DNA of 32,000 nucleotides from NCBI GenBank assembly GCA_000025185.1, contig CP001848.1:5880001-5912000 (forward strand), read 5' to 3'. The position numbers were made by a program, and so were the translations under genes. The DNA comes from Pirellula staleyi DSM 6068 (GTDB taxonomy: Bacteria > Planctomycetota > Planctomycetia > Pirellulales > Pirellulaceae). Positions 1-8,875 of this stretch are shown in pieces; position 1 is the stretch's first letter; the number at the start of each line of letters is the position of its first letter. Below the pieces are notes generated by a model. The model was not told the DNA's origin. It saw only the letters and a program-made list of their open reading frames with translations, and made no database searches.

Positions 1-1
1 C

Positions 2-334
2 GAAACAAACTCCATTCCCGTGGGGCAGATCGCCCAGGAAATGGTTGCTGCTTGGGGAGCCGGTAAACTCGAAATTGCCTCGAAACTCGAAGGTCCTCAC
101 GAAGCTCATCTACTGCAGCTCGACAGCTCCAAAGCCCATACCCAGCTAGGCTGGCGGGCCTTGCTATCGCCTCAAGAGCGTGTCACCTGGACCGCGAATT
201 GGTATCGAGATTGGCTCGCCAATCCCACGCGTCATTGGTCGCTCATCGACAACCAGATCGAACGTTACGACGCTCGGTTACGATCCACTTTGGAGCAAAG
301 TACCGCGAAAGGATTTCAGCATGTTGCTGCCTAA
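2..334 (+). CDS. rfbG: CDP-glucose 4,6-dehydratase, C-terminal fragment (5' end lies off the window)
   Basis: The frame is open from nt 2, so the track's 'M' at 20 is an internal GTG. The tail HEAHLLQLDSSKAHTQLGW...WTANWYRDWL matches my recollection of the conserved C-terminus of RfbG/DdhB enzymes. It sits directly upstream of an rfbH-type gene. Confidence 0.7.
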   Translation, partial: ETNSIPVGQIAQEMVAAWGAGKLEIASKLEGPHEAHLLQLDSSKAHTQLGWRALLSPQERVTWTANWYRDWLANPTRHWSLIDNQIERYDARLRSTLEQSTAKGFQHVAA

Positions 335-1286
335 GCGGGTCCTTGTATTCGGCGGTGAAGGCTTCATCGGCTCGGCAGTAGCGAGCCTGTTACGCGCTCA
401 CGACTGCGAAGTATATTCCGCAACGAAACATTCCGCTGATAGCAAATTGGCCCCGTCGACGTCGACTCAACTCTGCATGCTGAGCGACCAATCTACGGCC
501 TCCTTAACGGCGTTGTTTCAGGAACTACGCCCCGGCGCAATCATCAATCTCGCTGCCAAAGGGGTGACGGGGAAAACGGCCACAGCCTCGCTTGTTGATA
601 CCAATTCGCTCCTACCACTACGACAACTGGAGGCCGCCGCGCAGGCTGGGAAAATTCCGCTGGTCCATACCGGAAGTTGCTTTGAGCTCCGCAGCAGCAC
701 GCAGCAGAAACTTCTTACGGAAACTTCCGATCTCCGACCTCGGACTGCGTATGCAGCGACGAAAGCGGCGGCGTCTCTTTTGCTGCCAATCCTGGCGTCT
801 GAATACGAGACCACAGCGGTCGTGCTCCGACTATTTGGGGTCTATGGCCCTGGCGAAGCCGACTCACGCCTCTTGCCGCAGCTCATTGATTCCCTATCGA
901 GCCATCAGCCCATGGCGCTCACCAGTGGCCGGCAAATCCGTGATCTCTGCTACATCGACGATGTAGCGCAGGCCATCGTGCTCGCCACTTCGCAGGCATC
1001 TGCACTTCCACGAGGGAGCGCTCCTGTTTGGCAGGTGAGCACTGGCATAGGGACCTCGATTAAGCGTGTCGCCATCACCACTGCTCGGCTGCTCCACGCG
1101 CCAGTATCACTCCTTCGATTTGGAGAAATTCCGGATCGTGCGGGAGAACCACGACGTCTGGTCGGAAGTCATCAAGCCCTTTCACAAGCCACAGGCTGGG
1201 CTCCCTCGGTGAGCTTACGCTGCGGGATTCAGCGAACCATCGAAGCGCGACTCGCTCGCTCACCACTCGTTGCCAAAGCATCGTAA
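321..1286 (+). CDS. NAD(P)-dependent SDR-family sugar-nucleotide reductase/epimerase (CDP-paratose/abequose-synthase-like position in the cluster)
   Basis: I chose the ATG at 321 (MLLPKRVLVFGGEGFIGS), which places the Rossmann GxxGxxG motif at the N-terminus. The 180-320 extension has no protein-like character. A catalytic YxxxK is present (YAATK). It overlaps the rfbG stop by 14 nt. Confidence 0.8.
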   Translation: MLLPKRVLVFGGEGFIGSAVASLLRAHDCEVYSATKHSADSKLAPSTSTQLCMLSDQSTASLTALFQELRPGAIINLAAKGVTGKTATASLVDTNSLLPLRQLEAAAQAGKIPLVHTGSCFELRSSTQQKLLTETSDLRPRTAYAATKAAASLLLPILASEYETTAVVLRLFGVYGPGEADSRLLPQLIDSLSSHQPMALTSGRQIRDLCYIDDVAQAIVLATSQASALPRGSAPVWQVSTGIGTSIKRVAITTARLLHAPVSLLRFGEIPDRAGEPRRLVGSHQALSQATGWAPSVSLRCGIQRTIEARLARSPLVAKAS

Positions 1287-1325
1287 GCAGCCACTACCAA
1301 TCGTCCCAAAATCTCGCGACTTTTT

Positions 1326-2729
1326 TTGAAGCAACCGATCATGACCACGACCGCTGACAGTTTGCGACGAGAGATCCTAGAGCGTGTAAGCGAGTTTCAC
1401 GCCCTGCAGTGGCCCACCCGTGGCGAGTTTGTTCCTGGAGTCACTCCGGTGCCGGTGAGTGGGCGTGTATTTGATGCGACCGACGTGCAGACACTTGTCG
1501 ATTCCTCGCTCGACTTTTGGTTGACAGCAGGTCGCTTTGCCGACGAGTTCGAGAAAGATTTTGCGGCCAAGATGGGGGTCCGCAATGCACTCTTGGTAAA
1601 CTCGGGATCGAGTGCCAACTTGCTGGCTATCGCTGCTCTCACTTCGCCCAAACTCGGAAAAAAACGACTGCAACCCGGCGACGAAGTCATCACGGTCGCA
1701 GCTGGCTTTCCGACGACAGTCAACCCAATCGTGCAGCATGGACTGGTGCCTGTTTTCCTCGATGTCTCACTACCGACCTACAACATTGATGTCTCGCGAC
1801 TGGAAGAAGCTCTGAGCGATCGCACTCGCGCGATCATGATCGCGCACACGCTAGGAAACCCTTTCGATCTCCGCACCATCACCGAGTTTGCCCGGAAACA
1901 CAATCTCTGGCTAATCGAAGACACCTGCGATGCCGTCGGTGCTACTTTCGATGGCAAGCCTGTCGGATCGTTCGGAGACATTGCGACCGTCAGCTTTTAT
2001 CCAGCTCACCACATGACGATGGGAGAAGGGGGAGCTGTCCTGACGCAATCTCCAGCGCTAAAGAAGCTGCTTGAATCTTTCCGCGATTGGGGGCGCGACT
2101 GCTGGTGCGCACCAGGCAAGGACGACACCTGCGCCAAACGCTTTGGATGGCAACTCGGCTCGCTCCCCGATGGCTACGATCACAAATACACCTACAGCCA
2201 CCTCGGCTACAACCTGAAGGTGAGCGACATGCAAGCAGCGGTGGGGGTCAGCCAACTCAAAAAGCTCGATCGCTTCATCGACACGCGTCGCGAGAACTTT
2301 CACTACCTCCGTCAGCAGCTTGCGGGGCTGGAAGAGTTTCTCATCCTTCCCGAGGCAACCCCAGGCAGCGAGCCTTCGTGGTTTGGGTTTCCAATCACGG
2401 TCCGCCAGAAATCGGCCCTGCGGCGCACGGAAATCACGCGTCAGCTCGAGTCGCGCAAGATCGGCACACGCCTCTTGTTCGCCGGTAATTTGCTCAGGCA
2501 GCCCGCCTATGCCGGGGTCAAGCACCGGGTGGTCGGCTCGCTCGACGTCACCGACCAGATCATGCACGACACGTTCTGGGTCGGGGTCTATCCGGGGCTG
2601 AATCGCCCGATGCTCGATTATGTGGCGAGTACGATTCGGAGCTGTGTGCTGGGAGAACTCTCGAGCGCATCACTAGCAGGTCCTAGCGCCCCAAACCATG
2701 CGTGCGATCACAAGCTGCGCGTCGCCTAG
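1326..2729 (+). CDS. rfbH: CDP-6-deoxy-D-xylo-4-hexulose-3-dehydrase (E1; DegT/DnrJ/EryC1 fold, PMP/[2Fe-2S] type)
   Basis: [14 protein letters not shown] puts His (2007-2012) where aminotransferases of this fold carry the Schiff-base Lys. The Cys pattern C201-X57-C259-X1-C261-X7-C269 (nt 1926-2132) reproduces the E1 [2Fe-2S] motif C-X57-C-X1-C-X7-C as I recall it. The start is TTG at 1326 or ATG at 1341. Confidence 0.9.
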   Translation: MKQPIMTTTADSLRREILERVSEFHALQWPTRGEFVPGVTPVPVSGRVFDATDVQTLVDSSLDFWLTAGRFADEFEKDFAAKMGVRNALLVNSGSSANLLAIAALTSPKLGKKRLQPGDEVITVAAGFPTTVNPIVQHGLVPVFLDVSLPTYNIDVSRLEEALSDRTRAIMIAHTLGNPFDLRTITEFARKHNLWLIEDTCDAVGATFDGKPVGSFGDIATVSFYPAHHMTMGEGGAVLTQSPALKKLLESFRDWGRDCWCAPGKDDTCAKRFGWQLGSLPDGYDHKYTYSHLGYNLKVSDMQAAVGVSQLKKLDRFIDTRRENFHYLRQQLAGLEEFLILPEATPGSEPSWFGFPITVRQKSALRRTEITRQLESRKIGTRLLFAGNLLRQPAYAGVKHRVVGSLDVTDQIMHDTFWVGVYPGLNRPMLDYVASTIRSCVLGELSSASLAGPSAPNHACDHKLRVA

Positions 2730-2742
2730 GAGATCCCAGCGC

Positions 2743-3792
2743 ATGAGCGAGAAAGAGATACACGCTACTCACAAAAAACTGATCAGTATCGTTGTTCCCG
2801 TGTTCAACGAAGAGCTGAACGTGCGATCGTGCTACGACCAAGTCGTCGAGCTATTTCAATCGCTCTGCGCGCGCTACGATCTGGAGCTGATCTTTACGGA
2901 CAATCACAGTTCGGATCGCACCTTCGCGATCTTGCAGGAGATTGCTGCGGAAGATTCGCGCGTGATGGCCATTCGCTTCTCGAAGAATTTCGGCTATCAG
3001 CGTTCGATCCTGACTGGGTATCTCCGCGCCCATGGCGAGGCGGTGATTCAGCTCGACTGCGACCTGCAAGATCCCCCTGCCCTGATCGTCGAATTCCTCG
3101 ACCAATGGGAACGTGGTTATCAGGTGGTTTATGGCGTTCGTCGCAAGCGTAAAGAGGGTGCCGGAATCTCGCTACTGCGGCAAATTTTCTATCGCGGACT
3201 CAACTGGCTTTCGGACGAACCACTTCCGATCGATGCGGGGGACTTCCGACTCGTCGATCGGGTTATCGTCGAGCAGTTGCGCGAGCTTGACGATGCCTCC
3301 CCCTATCTACGAGGACAGATTGCCTCGATGGGATTTCGGCAGCTTGGAATCACCTACGATCGATCAGCGCGGCAGCTGGGGGAAAGCAAGTTTCGTTTCA
3401 GGGACCTCGCGCGGCTTGCCATCGATGGACTGATCAACCACTCGACAGTTCCGCTACGACTAGGAACCTACGTTTCGCAGCTCGTGTTTGTGGCGGCGTG
3501 CCTCATCATGCTGACCTACGTCGCGGCCCGCTTGACGATCGGCGCTCAGTGGCCAGCTGGCTTCACCACACTGGCAGTGCTGGTCCTTTGCTCCACCAGC
3601 ATCAACGCGCTGCTACTAGGAATTCAAGGGGAATACATCTCGCGGATCTACAAACAGGTCCGTAAGGGCCCGATCACGATTATCGAAAATCAGGTCTCGA
3701 ATTGCTACGACGGTAGATCACCAGCGTCGCACGTTGAGGGCGATCGTCGCCGCGCGGCTATGAATCTAACAGAATCGCGCAACGCTGCCTGA
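2743..3792 (+). CDS. Family-2 glycosyltransferase, GtrB/ArnC/DPM1-like polyprenyl-phosphate sugar transferase
   Basis: The ATG at 2743 gives MSEKE...ISIVVPVFNEE. A DCDLQDPP (DxD) motif is present, followed by two C-terminal TM helices and a GEYISRIY motif typical of GtrB-type enzymes. The track's 2698 start would overlap rfbH. Confidence 0.85.
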   Translation: MSEKEIHATHKKLISIVVPVFNEELNVRSCYDQVVELFQSLCARYDLELIFTDNHSSDRTFAILQEIAAEDSRVMAIRFSKNFGYQRSILTGYLRAHGEAVIQLDCDLQDPPALIVEFLDQWERGYQVVYGVRRKRKEGAGISLLRQIFYRGLNWLSDEPLPIDAGDFRLVDRVIVEQLRELDDASPYLRGQIASMGFRQLGITYDRSARQLGESKFRFRDLARLAIDGLINHSTVPLRLGTYVSQLVFVAACLIMLTYVAARLTIGAQWPAGFTTLAVLVLCSTSINALLLGIQGEYISRIYKQVRKGPITIIENQVSNCYDGRSPASHVEGDRRRAAMNLTESRNAA

Positions 3793-3900
3793 TTGAAACA
3801 CAGCGGGCGGCTTCAGCACTGTCCACCCACGCATCAAATCACACCGTCACTGCCTATCACTTACGTAGGCCTCGACATCACTTCTAGGCTGCTCAGTCTT

Positions 3901-5526
3901 ATGGCTATCCCTACTCCATCCACAAAATCCAGTGCTGCGAAGCATCTCGACCAGCCTGGCATCTCAGCCACACCAGGGAATGTAGCCTCCACAGCAGTCA
4001 ACGCTCCGTCGCGGCTGAAACAGTGGTGGAGCAATTATGGGCGAAACTACACGATCATTGCCGCGATGCTGACGTTCGCGTACTCCGCAGCCATTACCAC
4101 TCCGTCACTCTTTATGGACGATTACAACTTTCTTTTTCATCCCTTCGATGGCGATGAAATGGTTAAGTGTTTCATCGCCATGGGACGCCCTCTCACTGGC
4201 TACTTTCTCCAGCTTTGTCGGAGCATCATCACGGTTTCATTCGGAAGTGAGCTATGCCATGGACTAGCCCTCCTTGGACTCGTGGGCTTCACTATTTGTC
4301 TTTATCGACTTCTGCGTTACCGGCAGATGTCAACAACAGACTCCATTCTCATTAGCTTGCTATTTGCATTACTTCCTGCTTCGCAAGTCTTCGTTGCATG
4401 GATTACGGCAGGCTCTGCGACTTTTGCTATGGCCCTGTCGGTCTATGCCGTGCAATGGATCGAGCACTCGAAATTCTCGCTGCGATTACGCAATAGCTCG
4501 TCGTCTTGGATTTATCTTTCCCTTGGAATTCTGTCGCAAGTCCTATCGCTCAACATCTATCAGCCCGCCGCGTTTATCTTCTGCAGCGTGGCACTCCTTA
4601 CGATGCTGATCGACTCGAGCGAACCCGCTAAGGAGCGGATTTCTCGTGGATTCATACTCCTTTCGGCAGCGATTGCCAGCGTGGGACTCTATTTTGTCAC
4701 CGGCAAGATCTACCTCTATCTCTCTGGGATTGCCGCAGATCATCGCGCCGAGTTCATCACGATTGCCGACATCCCCACGAAACTTAAATGGTTCGCCGAG
4801 GTGCAACTCTACGAGACACTCTCGCTCTGGTCGCACACCCCCATCCACCCACTCGTCATCGCGACGATCGTATTTATCGTGATTGGAATTGTGGCGGAAC
4901 TGATTCACCAAATGTATCGTCGAGATTTCTCGTGGCTGGATCAAGCACAGCTGGTGATCCTTTCGCTTGGGATCGTTCTCTTCAGTAACTTTTTGAGCCT
5001 CGTGGTCAAACAGAACTGGGCCTCACTTCGGAGTTCGACGGGCCTCGCGGCCTCGATTTTGGTACTGGCGCTCTTGGCAGTCGTAGGCATTAGTAAATGG
5101 CTGCCGAGGTCGCTTTCTATCGCGGGTCGACGCGCCCTGTTGGTGGGCTGCTTAGTGTGGGGTGTCGCCTCGACTCAGACCAATATGACCAATCGCATGG
5201 TCCTTCCTCAATCCTTTGAACTGCAATACATGGCAAGCAAGCTTCCCCCAGCGAAAGTTGACGCAATACGTCGCATTCATGTCATTGAGCCAGAATGGTA
5301 TGAGGGGGTTACGAGAGATGTCAGATACGATGAATTTGGACTCCCCTCGAGCTACGTGGTAGCAAAACCGATGGTGAAGCTGATCCTTCACCAGCGTAAG
5401 GTCGATTATCGCCAGTATGAAATCACGAGCGAAAAAGCGGCGGTGCCTGTCCCTGAAGGGGAGGATGTCCTGGTGGTCGACATGCGCGAGCTAGCGACCA
5501 CGCGCGTGGAGCATGTTTGGCGATAG
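3901..5526 (+). CDS. Polytopic membrane protein, putative GT-C / GtrC (Glucos_trans_II)-like periplasmic glycosyltransferase
   Basis: There are more than 10 hydrophobic helices. The acidic MDDYNF...FDGDE motif (4114-4160) sits in the first predicted external loop, as in GT-C enzymes. A C-terminal soluble domain of about 110 aa follows. The gene lies directly after a GtrB-like gene. I prefer the ATG at 3901 over the TTG at 3793. The product call is an inference. Confidence 0.65.
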   Translation: MAIPTPSTKSSAAKHLDQPGISATPGNVASTAVNAPSRLKQWWSNYGRNYTIIAAMLTFAYSAAITTPSLFMDDYNFLFHPFDGDEMVKCFIAMGRPLTGYFLQLCRSIITVSFGSELCHGLALLGLVGFTICLYRLLRYRQMSTTDSILISLLFALLPASQVFVAWITAGSATFAMALSVYAVQWIEHSKFSLRLRNSSSSWIYLSLGILSQVLSLNIYQPAAFIFCSVALLTMLIDSSEPAKERISRGFILLSAAIASVGLYFVTGKIYLYLSGIAADHRAEFITIADIPTKLKWFAEVQLYETLSLWSHTPIHPLVIATIVFIVIGIVAELIHQMYRRDFSWLDQAQLVILSLGIVLFSNFLSLVVKQNWASLRSSTGLAASILVLALLAVVGISKWLPRSLSIAGRRALLVGCLVWGVASTQTNMTNRMVLPQSFELQYMASKLPPAKVDAIRRIHVIEPEWYEGVTRDVRYDEFGLPSSYVVAKPMVKLILHQRKVDYRQYEITSEKAAVPVPEGEDVLVVDMRELATTRVEHVWR

Positions 5527-5586
5527 AGCCCCAGCCGAGGCTCGGTAGATCTCACTGCGAACCGCTACGCTACTAGTCTGCTGCGA

Positions 5587-6024
5587 TTAGAGGCTGCTCG
5601 TCTTTTCGCGATTCAGCTTGCAGGAGCGATTGACGAAGCGGCCGGAAGTGAAGGCAGCGAGAACCCAGGTGTTCGAGTTCAGCGGAACGCTGACATCCAC
5701 CGTCACCGAAGTGGTGGCGATCGTGATGTTGCTCGGCGTGACGCTGACCGTAGCTCCACTGATCATCGCCGCCGAAAGTGCCGACTGCGCGGCGGTTTGA
5801 GCGCTCGTGGATGTTCCCCCCGGCACAATCGCCGCCCGGGCACCTTCATAAGCTGCGTTCTCGACCGAGTTCTCGATCATAGCGATGCGAGCAAACTCGA
5901 TCATGCCAAAAAACAGCAAAAACAGCAGTGGAATGGTGAGCGCAAACTCCACCGTCACAGCTGCAGAGCGTGCGCGCGTGGTACGTTTGCTGCTCGATCG
6001 ATTGGCAAGGAACTGCTGAAACAT
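5587..6024 (-). CDS. TadE-like pilus assembly / pseudopilin protein
   Basis: The N-terminus ARSAAVTVEFALTIPLLFLLFFGMIEFAR shows the TadE-type hydrophobic segment with conserved Glu. It is the last gene of the minus-strand trio. Confidence 0.8.
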   Translation of the reverse strand: MFQQFLANRSSSKRTTRARSAAVTVEFALTIPLLFLLFFGMIEFARIAMIENSVENAAYEGARAAIVPGGTSTSAQTAAQSALSAAMISGATVSVTPSNITIATTSVTVDVSVPLNSNTWVLAAFTSGRFVNRSCKLNREKTSSL

Positions 6025-6036
6025 GAGCGGGATTCC

Positions 6037-7224
6037 TTACTGCGTGAGCACGATCGGAAGGGTAAGTGCCAGATCGCGAAACGCTTCCTCGAGTTCGGCT
6101 TGATTGCTCGAAACGTAGTACTTGCCGCCAGTGATTTCAGCGACTTGTCGCATCGTGTTTTGAGCACTTCCCGATAGGAACGTAATCGTGTGAATCTGAA
6201 TTCCTTCATCGGCGGCATCTTCTGCCGCATCAATCGGATCGCGACCTTGGTTCCATTGTCCGTCGGTCATCAGAATCATCGTTTTCTTTGCCAATGCGCG
6301 GACTGTGTTGCCGTTGAGAAGCGTCCGCCCAGCATCGATACCAGCCGACATGTTGGTACCACCGAGCATCACCTTAGTGGTGCGTGCTGCAATTTTACTT
6401 TTCACAGCTGCATAGTCGGTCGAGAGTCCCAGTTCGTTAGCCACGGCCACTTCGGTCTTTTTGGTGTAGCTGTATTCCGCTGTGTTCGTGCCAATTGTGG
6501 AGCCCCAAGTGATGAGTGCAACACGAGGGGTGTTGTTCGTTTCGAGAATGGTGTCCATGAACAGATTCACGGAACTCTGTAGCGCAGCCCAGCGACTGAG
6601 GGTGGCATGCGGGGGATAGCAAATGGTGTGAGGAGTAGTTTTCGTCCCTGGTGGATACGACCATTCGACTCCCGACATGTTGAAGCACATCGAATGCGAA
6701 CGATCGATGACGAGGCAAATTTCCTGCTCCATTTGCGATGCGGTGGCTGACTGCGCGGGCTGAAAACTTCCACGTCCCATGAATGTTCCGAGGAACAGTG
6801 GAACGCTGCCAGCGGCCGTACTGTCGCTCATCGAGCTGAGGATTTTCACTGACGTGTACGGAGTTTGATTGGCAGTAAACGACCAGGTTCCATTGGCCTG
6901 TGCGGCGCTGCGTCCCACCTGCACTTGATCGGTGGTAAGCACGAGCGCGCGCCCGGCAACTTTGTTGCGAGCGGCGGCTTGAATGGCAGCGGTTCGTGCG
7001 GAAGCGGCATCACCATCGGTCTTGGCGAGCGCTAAGGTCCCAGCTTTCGCAGCAGCATCGGTAGCGGCTCGAAGTTCTGACCGGACAAGCTGCATGTACG
7101 ACACATCGATCGCAAATGCTGCCATGCAAACCACCACCACGAGCAAAAATGCGATCAGCACGAGCATAGCGCCGCGCCGGGCGAGACGTGGTTTTCGAGA
7201 AGGAACCATTTGAATTTTTGTCAT
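6037..7224 (-). CDS. TadG-like pilus assembly protein with von Willebrand factor A domain
   Basis: The N-terminus RRGAMLVLIAFLLVVVVCMAAFAIDVSYM is a Tad_N/TadG-like anchor. The vWA domain has an intact MIDAS motif DRSHS (DxSxS, nt 6691-6705) and a downstream LMTDG. Confidence 0.8.
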   Translation of the reverse strand: MTKIQMVPSRKPRLARRGAMLVLIAFLLVVVVCMAAFAIDVSYMQLVRSELRAATDAAAKAGTLALAKTDGDAASARTAAIQAAARNKVAGRALVLTTDQVQVGRSAAQANGTWSFTANQTPYTSVKILSSMSDSTAAGSVPLFLGTFMGRGSFQPAQSATASQMEQEICLVIDRSHSMCFNMSGVEWSYPPGTKTTPHTICYPPHATLSRWAALQSSVNLFMDTILETNNTPRVALITWGSTIGTNTAEYSYTKKTEVAVANELGLSTDYAAVKSKIAARTTKVMLGGTNMSAGIDAGRTLLNGNTVRALAKKTMILMTDGQWNQGRDPIDAAEDAADEGIQIHTITFLSGSAQNTMRQVAEITGGKYYVSSNQAELEEAFRDLALTLPIVLTQ

Positions 7225-7279
7225 CGCATCACCTTGTCGTAGCAGGTCCGACGAGTTTGCTGAGCATGTAAATCACGCA

Positions 7280-7699
7280 CTACAGCTTCTGCATTACTAC
7301 CGTCGCGCTGAGCGTTCTTCCGCTGAAAATATAGGCAAAAGCGTACGAGTTCTGATTCACAGGAATCGACGCCGTGACTGTTATGTTCGTACCAGCAGCG
7401 GTTAGGTTGGTGACCGCTGGTGAGATATTGATAGAACCACCGACGATGCTACGCGACGTGAAAAGGGAGGTCCCTTGTGACATCGCTGATGTGCTTGTGC
7501 CTCCCGAGGCAGTGGCTGCTTGCGCCACTTCATAAGCCACGATCGTGGCCGTTTGCTGCAGATGGATTGCCTTAGCTGCTTCCAGCGCACCAAAAATGAG
7601 GGTCACTAGAACTGGCAAACAGATAGCCAATTCAACGGTGGCCGTGGCCCGCCGCTGTGACGAACGTTTGAAGTTTTGCAGGAAACTCATCGCACTCAC
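7280..7699 (-). CDS. TadE-like pilus assembly / pseudopilin protein
   Basis: RRATATVELAICLPVLVTLIFGALEAAK is a TadE-type N-terminus. The start is GTG at 7699 or ATG at 7690. It is the first gene of the trio. Confidence 0.8.
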   Translation of the reverse strand: MSAMSFLQNFKRSSQRRATATVELAICLPVLVTLIFGALEAAKAIHLQQTATIVAYEVAQAATASGGTSTSAMSQGTSLFTSRSIVGGSINISPAVTNLTAAGTNITVTASIPVNQNSYAFAYIFSGRTLSATVVMQKL

Positions 7700-7973
7700 A
7701 CTCTCTCAAAACTACGACCACACATCGCGCCCAGCGTCGATCGCGGGCGAAGGGAGAACCATCCATTGATTTTCCCTCTGGCTCCATGCAACCGTAGGTC
7801 AGCGGAAAGCGCCGCGCGATCGTGCGCTGCGAACAGCTCGTGAGAATCAGCTATTTTCGGGTTCGAATGGTTCCGTTTATGACAATTACTCCGCGCAAGA
7901 GGTCCAGCAAGATAGAATTGTGAGCCAGACGTAGACGCTCGATTTACACCTATTTTCTTCACGAATTCGCCCC

Positions 7974-8792
7974 ATGGCACTTGGCTCCTTACAACGCTCC
8001 CCCTTATGCCGCTGCAGAATGGCGATCTGCTACTTTGTCCCCCTGCTGCTGGCGGGATGCAGCAGTTCAGCCGATCGTTCTGCGCAAAGCGGGGTTTTGA
8101 TATCGGCGGCAGCCAGCACGCGCGATGTGATGGAAGAACTGGCAGCTGATTTCTCGGACAAGCAGCAACTCGACGTCCGTGTGAACTCGGGAGCATCGAG
8201 CGCACTGGCCCGCCAAATTATCGAGGGGGCTCCGGCCCATCTCTTTCTATCGGCCAATCGCGACTGGGCCGAGGAAGTTGAGAAGGAAGGTCGCGCCGCT
8301 CAAATCATCCCGCTCCTCTCGAGTCGTTTGGTGGTTGTCGTTCCGAAAGGAAATCCGGCTGGCATCGACGGCGCAGCCGATCTGTATAGTGACAAAGTGA
8401 AGATCCTTGCGCTGGCCGAATCGCAAGTCCCAGCTGGAAAGTACGCCGACGAAGTGCTCGGGAAACTGCAGTTACTCTCATCTCTCGAAGCGAGCCGAAG
8501 GATCGTGCGCGCGAGCGACGTCCGGACAGCACTCCGTTTCGTGCAGCACCGCGAAGCTGATGCCGCGATCGTCTATGCGACCGATGCTAAAATCTCGAGC
8601 GATGTCGAAGTCCTGTTTGCTTTCGACGAGCGCCTACACTCCAAAATCGAGTACACGCTGGTGATTCTTACTTCTGCTAAGGAGCGGCCCGGAGCCCTCG
8701 AGTTTGCGAAGTTCTTGCAGTCAAGCCAAGCTCATGTGCGATACAAACAACTTGGATTTACGCCTCTCTTCGAACCGGTTGATGCCAAGTAA
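7974..8792 (+). CDS. modA: Molybdate ABC transporter substrate-binding lipoprotein
   Basis: ISAAASTRDV...VNSGASSALARQIIEGAPAHLFLSAN matches ModA family motifs. A lipobox LLAGC follows the alternative start at 8019 (MAICYFVPLLLAGC). modB and modC lie downstream. Confidence 0.9.
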   Translation: MALGSLQRSPLCRCRMAICYFVPLLLAGCSSSADRSAQSGVLISAAASTRDVMEELAADFSDKQQLDVRVNSGASSALARQIIEGAPAHLFLSANRDWAEEVEKEGRAAQIIPLLSSRLVVVVPKGNPAGIDGAADLYSDKVKILALAESQVPAGKYADEVLGKLQLLSSLEASRRIVRASDVRTALRFVQHREADAAIVYATDAKISSDVEVLFAFDERLHSKIEYTLVILTSAKERPGALEFAKFLQSSQAHVRYKQLGFTPLFEPVDAK

Positions 8793-8875
8793 ACTAGAGC
8801 TTCAGCCGAGAGTCACTCGGCCACTTCGAGAACGCCCGCCGAGCAGATCGCTCGTTCATCTTTATCCCCAATCGT

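Noticed and set aside
180-320. N-terminal extensions offered by the ORF track: 180-320, 2698-2742, 3793-3900, 11470-11613, 13188-13391 and 29340-29426
   Set aside because: The extensions overlap upstream genes or encode non-protein-like sequence. Internal starts place signal peptides, Rossmann folds or prepilin motifs at the expected N-terminal position.
7855-7875. GGGTTCGAATGG, which resembles a tRNA T-loop
   Set aside because: The flanking bases do not form a T-stem (TCGGG versus GGTTC are not complementary). No acceptor or anticodon arms are evident.
7700-7973. Possible Moco riboswitch or ModE operator upstream of modA, and a possible Flp pilin ORF upstream of the tad trio
   Set aside because: I could not find the conserved Moco-motif helices or a TATAT-type ModE palindrome by eye. 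Hand translation of the minus strand gave no Flp-like peptide. An Rfam/Infernal scan would be needed to exclude an RNA element properly.
7696-8205. A 169-aa minus-strand ORF spanning the tad-modA intergenic region and the modA 5' end
   Set aside because: It overlaps modA and has an Arg/Ser/Pro-rich composition with no motif. It is most likely spurious.
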